A stretch of DNA of 64,000 nucleotides, taken from positions 20,584,001-20,648,000 of the forward strand of contig OZ059896.1 of the NCBI GenBank assembly GCA_964057225.1, given 5' to 3'. The stretch comes from Auanema rhodensis (lineage: Eukaryota; Animalia; Nematoda). The stretch's first letter is position 1. Each line of letters opens with the position of its first letter. The position numbers and the translations under genes are program-made. Under the pieces are notes generated by a model. It was not told the DNA's origin, did not search any database, and worked only from the letters and a program-made list of their open reading frames with translations. Shown here in pieces: positions 50,301 through 64,000 of the stretch.

Positions 50301-53300
50301 ATATCTCGGTGCATTTTTAAGCTAGCGCAAATCTGATAACACAGATCGACGCAGCTTAAAAATCCGCATCGAATGCACTATACTACATCAAGAAACGCTT
50401 GATACAAAAATTAGTTATGATCGTTTGAAAAATGATGCATTAGTGTATGTTGAGTTTCCATGTACACTCAACATTGCTTCCAAAAACAGTTTGACAAAAA
50501 TTTTTTCGAAAAATTTCAAAATAATTTAGCAAAAAGTAGATATTTTTAGATTTCTTTTTTCAAGGCAAAGACGATGGACAATGTTATTCAACGAAAAAAT
50601 TAATTCTTCAGGGTGAAAATCGAGGATATAAGTGTGAACTTATATCAGTTGATATCTCGGTGCATTTTTAAGCTAGCGCAAATCTGATAACACAGATCGA
50701 CGCAGCTTAAAAATCCGCATCGAATGCACTATACTACATTGAGAAACGCTTAATACAAAAATTAGTTATGATCGTTTGAAAAATGATGCATTAGTGTATG
50801 TTGAGTTTCCATGTACACTCAACATTGCTTCCAAAAACAGTTTGACAAAAATTTTTTCGAAAAATTTCAAAATAATTTAGCAAAAAGTAGATATTTTTAG
50901 ATTTCTTTTTTCAAGGCAAAGACGATGGACAATGTTATTCAACGAAAAAATTAATTCTTCAGGGTGAAAATCGAGGATATATGTGTGAACTTATATCAGT
51001 TGATATCTCGGTGCATTTTTAAGATAGCGCAAATCTGATAACACAGATCGACGCAGCTTAAAAATCTGCATCGAATGCACTATACTACATCAAGAAACGC
51101 TTGATACAAAAATTAGTTATGATCGTTTGAAAAATGATGCATTAGTGTATGTTGAGTTTCCATGTACACTCAACATTGCTTCCAAAAACATTTTGACAAA
51201 AATTTTTTCGGAAAATTTCAAAATAATTTAGCAAAAAGTAGATGTTTTTAGATTCCATTTTTCAAGGCAAAGACGATAGACAATGTTATTCAACGAAAAA
51301 ATTAATTCTTCAGGGTGAAAATCGAGGATATAAGTGTGAACTTATATCAGTTGATATCTCGGTGCATTTTTAAGCTAGCGCAAATCTGATAACACAGATC
51401 GACGCAGCTTAAAAATCCGCATCGAATGCACTATACTACATTGAGAAACGCTTAATACACAAATTAGTTATGATCGTTTGAAAAATGATGCATTAGTGTA
51501 TGTTGAGTTTCCATGTACACTCAACATTGCTTCCAAAAACAGTTTGACAAAAATTTTTTCGAAAATTTTCAAAATAATTTAGCAAAAAGTAGATGTTTTT
51601 AGATTTCTTTTTTCAAGGCAAAGACGATGGACAATGTTATTCAACGAAAAAATTAATTCTTCAGGGTGAAAATCGAGGATATAAGTGTGAACTTATATCA
51701 GTTGATATCTCGGTGCATTTTTAAGCTAGCGCAAATCTGATAACACAGATCGACGCAGCTTAAAAATCCGCATCGAATGCACTATACTACATCAAGAAAC
51801 GCTTGATACAAAAATTAGTTATGATCGTTTGAAAAATGATGCATTAGTGTATGTTGAGTTTCCATGTACACTCAACATTGCTTCCAAAAACAGTTTGACA
51901 AAAATTTTTTCGAAAAATTTCAAAATAATTTAGCAAAAAGTAGATATTTTTAGATTTCTTTTTTCAAGGCAAAGACGATGGACAATGTTATTCAACGAAA
52001 AAATTAATTCTTCAGGGTGAAAATCGAGGATATAAGTGTGAACTTATATCAGTTGATATCTCGGTGCATTTTTAAGCTAGCGCAAATCTGATAACACAGA
52101 TCGACGCAGCTTAAAAATCCGCATCGAATGCACTATACTACATTGAGAAACGCTTAATACAAAAATTAGTTATGATCGTTTGAAAAATGATGCATTAGTG
52201 TATGTTGAGTTTCCATGTACACTCAACATTGCTTCCAAAAACATTTTGACAAAAATTTTTTCGAAAAATTTCAAAATAATTTAGCAAAAAGTAGATGTTT
52301 TTAGATTCCTTTTTTTAAGGCAAAGACGATGGACAATGTTATTCAACGAAAAAATTAATTCTTCAGGGTGAAAATCGAGGATATAAGTGTGAACTTATAT
52401 CAGTTGATATCTCGGTGCATTTTTAAGCTAGCGCAAATCTGATAACACAGATCGACGCAGCTTAAAAATCTGCATCGAATGCACTATACTACATCAAGAA
52501 ACGCTTGATACAAAAATTAGTTATGATCGTTTGAAAAATGATGCATTAGTGTATGTTGAGTTTCCATGTACACTCAACATTGCTTCCAAAAACATTTTGA
52601 CAAAAATTTTTTCGAAAAATTTCAAAATAATTTAGCAAAAAGTAGATGTTTTTAGATTCCATTTTTCAAGGCAAAGACGATAGACAATGTTATTCAACGA
52701 AAAAATTAATTCTTCAGGGTGAAAATCGAGGATATAAGTGTGAACTTATATCAGTTGATATCTCGGTGCATTTTTAAGCTAGCGCAAATCTGATAACACA
52801 GATCGGCGCAGCTTAAAAATCCGCATCGAATGCACTATACTACATTGAGAAACGCTTAATACACAAATTAGTTATGATCGTTTGAAAAATGATGCATTAG
52901 TGTATGTTGAGTTTCCATGTACACTCAACATTGCTTCCAAAAACAGTTTGACAAAAATTTTTTCGAAAAATTTCAAAATAATTTAGCAGAAAGTAGATGT
53001 TTTTAGATTTCTTTTTTCAAGGCAAAGACGATGGACAATGTTATTCAACGAAAAAATTAATTCTTCAGGGTGAAAATCGAGGATATAAGTGTGAACTTAT
53101 ATCAGTTGATATCTCGGTGCATTTTTAAGCTAGCGCAAATCTGATAACACAGATCGACGCAGCTTAAAAATCCGCATCGAATGCACTATACTACATTGAG
53201 AAACGCTTAATACAAAAATTAGTTATGATCGTTTGAAAAATGATGCATTAGTGTATGTTGAGTTTCCATGTACACTCAACATTGCTTCCAAAAACATTTT

Positions 53301-56300
53301 GACAAAAATTTTTTCGAAAAATTTCAAAATAATTTAGCAAAAAGTAGATGTTTTTAGATTCCTTTTTTTAAGGCAAAGACGATGGACAATGTTATTCAAC
53401 GAAAAAATTAATTCTTCAGGGTGAAAATCGAGGATATAAGTGTGAACTTATATCAGTTGATATCTCGGTGCATTTTTAAGCTAGCGCAAATCTGATAACA
53501 CAGATCGACGCAGCTTAAAAATCTGCATCGAATGCACTATACTACATCAAGAAACGCTTGATACAAAAATTAGTTATGATCGTTTGAAAAATGATGCATT
53601 AGTGTATGTTGAGTTTCCATGTACACTCAACATTGCTTCCAAAAACATTTTGACAAAAATTTTTTCGAAAAATTTCAAAATAATTTAGCAAAAAGTAGAT
53701 GTTTTTAGATTCCATTTTTCAAGGCAAAGACGATAGACAATGTTATTCAACGAAAAAATTAATTCTTCAGGGTGAAAATCGAGGATATAAGTGTGAACTT
53801 ATATCAGTTGATATCTCGGTGCATTTTTAAGCTAGCGCAAATCTGATAACACAGATCGGCGCAGCTTAAAAATCCGCATCGAATGCACTATACTACATTG
53901 AGAAACGCTTAATACACAAATTAGTTATGATCGTTTGAAAAATGATGCATTAGTGTATGTTGAGTTTCCATGTACACTCAACATTGCTTCCAAAAACAGT
54001 TTGACAAAAATTTTTTCGAAAAATTTCAAAATAATTTAGCAGAAAGTAGATGTTTTTAGATTTCTTTTTTCAAGGCAAAGACGATGGACAATGTTATTCA
54101 ACGAAAAAATTAATTCTTCAGGGTGAAAATCGAGGATATAAGTGTGAACTTATATCAGTTGATATCTCGGTGCATTTTTAAGCTAGCGCAAATCTGATAA
54201 CACAGATCGACGCAGCTTAAAAATCTGCATCGAATGCACTATACTACATCAAGAAACGCTTGATACAAAAATTAGTTATGATCGTTTGAAAAATGATGCA
54301 TTAGTGTATGTTGAGTTTCCATGTACACTCAACATTGCTTCCAAAAACATTTTGACAAAAATTTTTTCGAAAAATTTCAAAATAATTTAGCAAAAAGTAG
54401 ATGTTTTTAGATTCCATTTTTCAAGGCAAAGACGATAGACAATGTTATTCAACGAAAAAATTAATTCTTCAGGGTGAAAATCGAGGATATAAGTGTGAAC
54501 TTATATCAGTTGATATCTCGGTGCATTTTTAAGCTAGCGCAAATCTGATAACACAGATCGGCGCAGCTTAAAAATCCGCATCGAATGCACTATACTACAT
54601 TGAGAAACGCTTAATACACAAATTAGTTATGATCGTTTGAAAAATGATGCATTAGTGTATGTTGAGTTTCCATGTACACTCAACATTGCTTCCAAAAACA
54701 GTTTGACAAAAATTTTTTCGAAAAATTTCAAAATAATTTAGCAGAAAGTAGATGTTTTTAGATTTCTTTTTTCAAGGCAAAGACGATGGACAATGTTATT
54801 CAACGAAAAAATTAATTCTTCAGGGTGAAAATCGAGGATATAAGTGTGAACTTATATCAGTTGATATCTCGGTGCATTTTTAAGCTAGCGCAAATCTGAT
54901 AACACAGATCGACGCAGCTTAAAAATCCGCATCGAATGCACTATACTACATCAAGAAACGCTTGATACAAAAATTAGTTATGATCGTTTGAAAAATGATG
55001 CATTAGTGTATGTTGAGTTTCCATGTACACTCAACATTGCTTCCAAAAACAGTTTGACAAAAATTTTTTCGAAAAATTTCAAAATAATTTAGCAAAAAGT
55101 AGAAGTTTTTAGATTCCTTTTTTTAAGGCAAAGACGATGGACAATGTTATTCAACGAAAAAATTAATTCTTCAGGGTGAAAATCGAGGATATAAGTGTGA
55201 ACTTATATCAGTTGATATCTCGGTGCATTTTTAAGCTAGCGCAAATCTGATAACACAGATCGACGCAGCTTAAAAATCTGCATCGAATGCACTATACTAC
55301 ATCAAGAAACGCTTGATACAAAAATTAGTTATGATCGTTTGAAAAATGATGCATTAGTGTATGTTGAGTTTCCATGTACACTCAACATTGCTTCCAAAAA
55401 CATTTTGACAAAAATTTTTTCGAAAAATTTCAAAATAATTTAGCAAAAAGTAGATGTTTTTAGATTCCATTTTTCAAGGCAAAGACGATAGACAATGTTA
55501 TTCAACGAAAAAATTAATTCTTCAGGGTGAAAATCGAGGATATAAGTGTGAACTTATATCAGTTGATATCTCGGTGCATTTTTAAGCTAGCGCAAATCTG
55601 ATAACACAGATCGACGCAGCTTAAAAATCCGCATCGAATGCACTATACTACATTGAGAAACGCTTAATACACAAATTAGTTATGATCGTTTGAAAAATGA
55701 TGCATTAGTGTATGTTGAGTTTCCATGTACACTCAACATTGCTTCCAAAAACAGTTTGACAAAAATTTTTTCGAAAAATTTCAAAATAATTTAGCAAAAA
55801 GTAGATGTTTTTAGATTTCTTTTTTCAAGGCAAAGACGATGGACAATGTTATTCAACGAAAAAATTAATTCTTCAGGGTGAAAATCGAGGATATAAGTGT
55901 GAACTTATATCAGTTGATATCTCGGTGCATTTTTAAGCTAGCGCAAATCTGATAACACAGATCGACGCAGCTTAAAAATCCGCATCGAATGCACTATACT
56001 ACATCAAGAAACGCTTGATACAAAAATTAGTTATGATCGTTTGAAAAATGATGCATTAGTGTATGTTGAGTTTCCATGTACACTCAACATTGCTTCCAAA
56101 AACATTTTGACAAAAATTTTTTCGAAAAATTTCAAAATAATTTAGCAAGAAGTAGATGTTTTTAGATTTCTTTTTTCAAGGCAAAGACGATGGACAATGT
56201 TATTCAACGAAAAAATTAATTCTTCAGGGTGAAAATCGAGGATATAAGTGTGAACTTACATCAGTTGATATCTCGGTGCATTTTTAAGCTAGCGCAAATC

Positions 56301-59300
56301 TGATAACACAGATCGACGCAGCTTAAAAATCCGCATCGAATGCACTATACTACATTGAGAAACGCTTGATACAAAAATTAGTTATGATCGTTTGAAAAAT
56401 GATGCATTAGTGTATGTTGAGTTTCCATGTACACTCAACATTGCTTCCAAAAACATTTTGACAAAAATTTTTTCGAAAAATTTCAAAATAATTTAGCAAA
56501 AAGTAGATGTTTTTAGATTCCATTTTTCAAGGCAAAGACGATAGACAATGTTATTCAACGAAAAAATCAATTCTTCAGGGTGAAAATCGAGGATATAAGT
56601 GTGAACTTATATCAGTTGATATCTCGGTGCATTTTTAAGCTAGCGCAAATCTGATAACACAGATCGACGCAGCTTAAAAATCCGCATCGAATGCACTATA
56701 TTACATTGAGAAACGCTTGATACAAAAATTAGTTATGATCGTTTGAAAAATGATGCATTAGTGTATGTTGAGTTTCCATGTACACTCAACATTGCTTCCA
56801 AAAACATTTTGACAAAAATTTTTTCGAAAAATTTCAAAATAATTTAGCAAAAAGTAGATGTTTTTAGATTCCATTTTTCAAGGCAAAGACGATAGACAAT
56901 GTTATTCAACGAAAAAATTAATTCTTCAGGGTGAAAATCGAGGATATAAGTGTGAACTTATATCAGTTGATATCTCGGTGCATTTTTAAGCTAGCGCAAA
57001 TCTGATAACACAGATCGACGCAGCTTAAAAATCCGCATCGAATGCACTATACTACATCAAGAAACGCTTGATACAAAAATTAGTTATGATCGTTTGAAAA
57101 ATGATGCATTAGTGTATGTTGAGTTTCCATGTACACTCAACATTGCTTCCAAAAACATTTTGACAAAAATTTTTTCGAAAAATTTCAAAATAATTTAGCA
57201 AGAAGTAGATGTTTTTAGATTTCTTTTTTCAAGGCAAAGACGATGGACAATGTTATTCAACGAAAAAATTAATTCTTCAGGGTGAAAATCGAGGATATAA
57301 GTGTGAACTTACATCAGTTGATATCTCGGTGCATTTTTAAGCTAGCGCAAATCTGATAACACAGATCGACGCAGCTTAAAAATCCGCATCGAATGCACTA
57401 TACTACATTGAGAAACGCTTGATACAAAAATTAGTTATGATCGTTTGAAAAATGATGCATTAGTGTATGTTGAGTTTCCATGTACACTCAACATTGCTTC
57501 CAAAAACATTTTGACAAAAATTTTTTCGAAAAATTTCAAAATAATTTAGCAAAAAGTAGATGTTTTTAGATTCCATTTTTCAAGGCAAAGACGATAGACA
57601 ATGTTATTCAACGAAAAAATTAATTCTTCAGGGTGAAAATCGAGGATATAAGTGTGAACTTATATCAGTTGATATCTCGGTGCATTTTCAAGCTAGCGCA
57701 AATCTGATAACACAGATCGACGCAGCTTAAAAATCCGCATCGAATGCACTATACTACATTGAGAAACGCTTGATACAAAAATTAGTTATGATCGTTTGAA
57801 AAATGATGCATTAGTGTATGTTGAGTTTCCATGTACACTCAACATTGCTTCCAAAAACATTTTGACAAAAATTTTTTCAAAAAATTTCAAAATAATTTAG
57901 CAAAAAGTAGATGTTTTTAGATTCCATTTTTCAAGGCAAAGACGATAGACAATGTTATTCAACGAAAAAATTAATTCTTCAGGGTGAAAATCGAGGATAT
58001 AAGTGTGAACTTATATCAGTTGATATCTCGGTGCATTTTCAAGCTAGCGCAAATCTGATAACACAGATCGACGCAGCTTAAAAATCCGCATCGAATGCAC
58101 TATACTACATTGAGAAACGCTTGATACAAAAATTAGTTATGATCGTTTGAAAAATGATGCATTAGTGTATGTTGAGTTTCCATGTACACTCAACATTGCT
58201 TCCAAAAACATTTTGACAAAAATTTTTTCGAAATATTTCAAAATAATTTAGCAAAAAGTAGATGTTTTTAGATTCCTTTTTTTAAGGCAAAGACGATGGA
58301 CAATGTTATTCAACGAAAAAATTAATTCTTCAGGACGAAAATCGAGGATATAAGTGTGAACTTATATCAGTTGATATCTCGGTGCATTTTCAAGCTAGCG
58401 CAAATCTGATAACACAGATCGACGCAGCTTAAAAATCCGCATCGAATGCACTATACTACATTGAGAAACGCTTGATACAAAAATTAGTTATGATCGTTTG
58501 AAAAATGATGCATTAGTGTATGTTGAGTTTCCATGTACACTCAACATTGCTTCCAAAAACATTTTGACAAAAATTTTTTCGAAATATTTCAAAATAATTT
58601 AGCAAAAAGTAGATGTTTTTAGATTCCTTTTTTTAAGGCAAAGACGATGGACAATGTTATTCAACGAAAAAATTAATTCTTCAGGACGAAAATCGAGGAT
58701 ATAAGTGTGAACTTATATCAGTTGATATCTCGGTGCATTTTCAAGCTAGCGCAAATCTGATAACACAGATCGACGCAGCTTAAAAATCCGCATCGAATGC
58801 ACTATACTACATTGAGAAACGCTTAATACAAAAATTAGTTATGATCGTTTGAAAAATGATGCATTAGTGTATGTTGAGTTTCCATGTACACTCAACATTG
58901 CTTCCAAAAACATTTTGACAAAAATTTTTTCGAAATATTTCAAAATAATTTAGCAAAAAGTAGATGTTTTTAGATTCCTTTTTTTAAGGCAAAGACGATG
59001 GACAATGTTATTCAACGAAAAAATTAATTCTTCAGGGTGAAAATCGAGGATATAAGTGTGAACTTATATCAGTTGATATCTCGGTGCATTTTCAAGCTAG
59101 CGCAAATCTGATAACACAGATCGACGCAGCTTAAAAATCCGCATCGAATGCACTATACTACATTGAGAAACGCTTGATACAAAAATTAGTTATGATCGTT
59201 TGAAAAATGATGCATTAGTGTATGTTGAGTTTCCATGTACACTCAACATTGCTTCCAAAAACATTTTGACAAAAATTTTTTCGAAATATTTCAAAATAAT

Positions 59301-62300
59301 TTAGCAAAAAGTAGATGTTTTTAGATTCCTTTTTTTAAGGCAAAGACGATGGACAATGTTATTCAACGAAAAAATTAATTCTTCAGGACGAAAATCGAGG
59401 ATATAAGTGTGAACTTATATCAGTTGATATCTCGGTGCATTTTCAAGCTAGCGCAAATCTGATAACACAGATCGACGCAGCTTAAAAATCCGCATCGAAT
59501 GCACTATACTACATTGAGAAACGCTTGATACAAAAATTAGTTATGATCGTTTGAAAAATGATGCATTAGTGTATGTTGAGTTTCCATGTACACTCAACAT
59601 TGCTTCCAAAAACATTTTGACAAAAATTTTTTCGAAATATTTCAAAATAATTTAGCAAAAAGTAGATGTTTTTAGATTCCTTTTTTTAAGGCAAAGACGA
59701 TGGACAATGTTATTCAACGAAAAAATTAATTCTTCAGGACGAAAATCGAGGATATAAGTGTGAACTTATATCAGTTGATATCTCGGTGCATTTTCAAGCT
59801 AGCGCAAATCTGATAACACAGATCGACGCAGCTTAAAAATCCGCATCGAATGCACTATACTACATTGAGAAACGCTTAATACAAAAATTAGTTATGATCG
59901 TTTGAAAAATGATGCATTAGTGTATGTTGAGTTTCCATGTACACTCAACATTGCTTCCGAAAACATTTTGACAAAAATTTTTTCGAAAAATTTCAAAATA
60001 ATTTAGCAAAAAGTAGATGTTTTTAGATTCCTTTTTTTAAGGCAAAGACGATGGACAATGTTATTCAACGAAAAAAATTAATTCTTCAGGACGAAAATCG
60101 AGGATATAAGTGTGAACTTATATCAGTTGATATCTCGGTGCATTTTTAAGCTAGCGCAAATCTGATAACACAGATCGACGCAGCTTAAAAATCCGCATCG
60201 AATGCACTATACTACATTGAGAAACGCTTAATACAAAAATTAGTTATGATCGTTTGAAAAATGATGCATTAGTGTATGTTGAGTTTCCATGTACACTCAA
60301 CATTGCTTCCAAAAACATTTTGACAAAAATTTTTTCGAAAAATTTCAAAATAATTTAGCAAAAAGTAGATGTTTCTAGATTCCTTTTTTTAAGGCAAAGA
60401 CGATGGACAATGTTATTCAACGAAAAAATTAATTCTTCAGGGTGAAAATCGAGGATATAAGTGTGAACTTATATCAGTTGATATCTCGGTGCATTTTTAA
60501 GCTAGCGCAAATCTGATAACACAGATCGACGCAGCTTAAAAATCTGCATCGAATGCACTATACTACATCAAGAAACGCTTGATACAAAAATTAGTTATGA
60601 TCGTTTGAAAAATGATGCATTAGTGTATGTTGAGTTTCCATGTACACTCAACATTGCTTCCAAAAACATTTTGACAAAAATTTTTTCGAAAAATTTCAAA
60701 ATAATTTAGCAAAAAGTAGATGTTTTTAGATTCAATTTTTCAAGGCAAAGACGATAGACAATGTTATTCAACGAAAAAATTAATTCTTCAGGGTGAAAAT
60801 CGAGGATATAAGTGTGAACTTATATCAGTTGATATCTCGGTGCATTTTTAAGCTAGCGCAAATCTGATAACACAGATCGACGCAGCTTAAAAATCCGCAT
60901 CGAATGCACTATACTACATTGAGAAACGCTCAATACACAAATTAGTTATGATCGTTTGAAAAATGATGCATTAGTGTATGTTGAGTTTCCATGTACACTC
61001 AACATTGCTTCCAAAAACAGTTTGACAAAAATTTTTTCGAAAAATTTCAAAATAATTTAGCAAAAAGTAGATGTTTTTAGATTCCATTTTTCAAGGCAAA
61101 GACGATAGACAATGTTATTCAACGAAAAAATTAATTCTTCAGGGTGAAAATCGAGGATATAAGTGTGAACTTATATCAGTTGATATCTCGGTGCATTTTT
61201 AAGCTAGCGCAAATCTGATAACACAGATCGACGCAGCTTAAAAATCCGCATCGAATGCACTATACTACATTGAGAAACGCTTGATACAAAAATTAGTTAT
61301 GATCGTTTGAAAAATGATGCATTAGTGTATGTTGAGTTTCCATGTACACTCAACATTGCTTCCAAAAACAGTTTGACAAAAATTTTTTCGAAAAATTTCA
61401 AAATAATTTAGCAAAAAGTAGATATTTTTAGATTTCTTTTTTCAAGGCAAAGACGATGGACAATGTTATTCAACGAAAAAATTAATTCTTCAGGGTGAAA
61501 ATCGAGGATATAAGTGTGAACTTATATCAGTTGATATCTCGGTGCATTTTTAAGCTAGCGCAAATCTGATAACACAGATCGACGCAGCTTAAAAATCCGC
61601 ATCGAATGCACTATACTACATTGAGAAACGCTTAATACAAAAATTAGTTATGATCGTTTGAAAAATGATGCATTAGTGTATGTTGAGTTTCCATGTACAC
61701 TCAACATTGCTTCCAAAAACATTTTGACAAAAATTTTTTCGAAAAATTTCAAAATAATTTAGCAAAAAGTAGATGTTTTTAGATTCCTTTTTTTAAGGCA
61801 AAGACGATGGACAATGTTATTCAACGAAAAAATTAATTCTTCAGGGTGAAAATCGAGGATATAAGTGTGAACTTATATCAGTTGATATCTCGGTGCATTT
61901 TTAAGCTAGCGCAAATCTGATAACACAGATCGACGCAGCTTAAAAATCTGCATCGAATGCACTATACTACATCAAGAAACGCTTGATACAAAAATTAGTT
62001 ATGATCGTTTGAAAAATGATGCATTAGTGTATGTTGAGTTTCCATGTACACTCAACATTGCTTCCAAAAACATTTTGACAAAAATTTTTTCGAAAAATTT
62101 CAAAATAATTTAGCAAAAAGTAGATGTTTTTAGATTCCATTTTTCAAGGCAAAGACGATAGACAATGTTATTCAACGAAAAAATTAATTCTTCAGGGTGA
62201 AAATCGAGGATATAAGTGTGAACTTATATCAGTTGATATCTCGGTGCATTTTTAAGCTAGCGCAAATCTGATAACACAGATCGACGCAGCTTAAAAATCC

Positions 62301-64000
62301 GCATCGAATGCACTATACTACATTGAGAAACGCTTAATACACAAATTAGTTATGATCGTTTGAAAAATGATGCATTAGTGTATGTTGAGTTTCCATGTAC
62401 ACTCAACATTGCTTCCAAAAACAGTTTGACAAAAATTTTTTCGAAAAATTTCAAAATAATTTAGCAAAAAGTAGATGTTTTTAGATTTCTTTTTTCAAGG
62501 CAAAGACGATGGACAATGTTATTCAACGAAAAAATTAATTCTTCAGGGTGAAAATCGAGGATATAAGTGTGAACTTATATCAGTTGATATCTCGGTGCAT
62601 TTTTAAGCTAGCGCAAATCTGATAACACAGATCGACGCAGCTTAAAAATCCGCATCGAATGCACTATACTACATTGAGAAACGCTTGATACAAAAATTAG
62701 TTATGATCGTTTGAAAAATGATGCATTAGTGTATGTTGAGTTTCCATGTACACTCAACATTGCTTCCAAAAACAGTTTGACAAAAATTTTTTCGAAAAAT
62801 TTCAAAATAATTTAGCGAAAAGTAGATATTTTTAGATTTCTTTTTTCAAGGCAAAGACGATGGACAATGTTATTCAACGAAAAAATTAATTCTTCAGGGT
62901 GAAAATCGAGGATATAAGTGTGAACTTATATCAGTTGATATCTCGGTGCATTTTTAAGCTAGCGCAAATCTGATAACACAGATCGACGCAGCTTAAAAAT
63001 CCGCATCGAATGCACTATACTACATTGAGAAACGCTTAATACAAAAATTAGTTATGATCGTTTGAAAAATGATGCATTAGTGTATGTTGAGTTTCCATGT
63101 ACACTCAACATTGCTTCCAAAAACATTTTGACAAAAATTTTTTCGAAAAATTTCAAAATAATTTAGCAAAAAGTAGATGTTTTTAGATTCCTTTTTTTAA
63201 GGCAAAGACGATGGACAATGTTATTCAACGAAAAAATTAATTCTTCAGGGTGAAAATCGAGGATATAAGTGTGAACTTATATCAGTTGATATCTCGGTGC
63301 ATTTTTAAGCTAGCGCAAATCTGATAACACAGATCGACGCAGCTTAAAAATCTGCATCGAATGCACTATACTACATCAAGAAACGCTTGATACAAAAATT
63401 AGTTATGATCGTTTGAAAAATGATGCATTAGTGTATGTTGAGTTTCCATGTACACTCAACATTGCTTCCAAAAACATTTTGACAAAAATTTTTTCGAAAA
63501 ATTTCAAAATAATTTAGCAAAAAGTAGATGTTTTTAGATTCCATTTTTCAAGGCAAAGACGATAGACAATGTTATTCAACGAAAAAATTAATTCTTCAGG
63601 GTGAAAATCGAGGATATAAGTGTGAACTTATATCAGTTGATATCTCGGTGCATTTTTAAGCTAGCGCAAATCTGATAACACAGATCGACGCAGCTTAAAA
63701 ATCCGCATCGAATGCACTATACTACATTGAGAAACGCTTAATACAAAAATTAGTTATGATCGTTTGAAAAATGATGCATTAGTGTATGTTGAGTTTCCAT
63801 GTACACTCAACATTGCTTCCAAAAACATTTTGACAAAAATTTTTTCGAAAAATTTCAAAATAATTTAGCAAAAAGTAGATGTTTTTAGATTCCTTTTTTT
63901 AAGGCAAAGACGATGGACAATGTTATTCAACGAAAAAATTAATTCTTCAGGGTGAAAATCGAGGATATAAGTGTGAACTTATATCAGTTGATATCTCGGT
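47356..64000. repeat. Second domain-3-type block (monomers 136-183), containing a locally amplified variant run at 58237-60343
   Basis: Same ACAGTTTG / TAATACACAA / GATATTT / GCAAGAAG markers as 28056-42095, with no 350-bp monomers. Confidence 0.8.

Larger units (their letters stand above)
1..64000. repeat. Tandem satellite DNA array, 351-bp monomer, ~182.4 copies, extends beyond both window edges
   Basis: TTCAAAATAATTTAGC recurs at 1, 352, 703, 1054, 1404 ... 63503, 63854 with period 351 (350 where one A is deleted, 352 once). All copies have the same orientation with no intervening unique sequence. Confidence 0.99.

Noticed and set aside
1-64000. CRISPR array
   Set aside because: There are no unique spacers, the whole 351-bp unit repeats, and there are no cas genes.
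1-64000. Array being purely a sequencing or assembly artefact (concatemer or collapsed repeat)
   Set aside because: Variants are linked in consistent haplotypes and ordered HOR patterns, which random error would not produce. Individual large duplications still need read validation.

Overview
The whole 64 kb window is one uninterrupted head-to-tail array of an AT-rich satellite DNA with a 351-bp monomer (hand count for monomer 1: 110/351 = 31% GC). Taking TTCAAAATAA as the unit start, I count 182 complete monomers plus a 147-bp partial one at 63854-64000. Of these, 151 are 351 bp, 30 are 350 bp and one is 352 bp; these lengths reproduce the observed coordinates. All monomers have the same orientation and differ by only a few substitutions. 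I see no genes, RNA genes, transposon insertions, CRISPR spacers or unique sequence, and I do not recognise the satellite family or species. The size, AT richness and lack of CpG depletion would fit invertebrate-type (peri)centromeric heterochromatin, but that is inference only. The interesting structure lies at two scales. (1) The monomer is densely tiled with dyad symmetries: a 9-bp stem with a GTGA loop, a ~67-nt fold-back, a 9-bp stem in the most conserved segment, and a palindrome spanning the unit junction. (2) Diagnostic SNP haplotypes reveal layered higher-order repeats (HORs). These comprise a 13/15/4-mer domain, an 8/4-mer domain rich in 350-bp monomers, a 4-mer domain duplicated as a 20/16-mer, a ~16-21 kb repetition of the domain 2 to domain 3 transition, and a locally amplified chimeric monomer. 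All variant calls were made by eye and should be confirmed by alignment.
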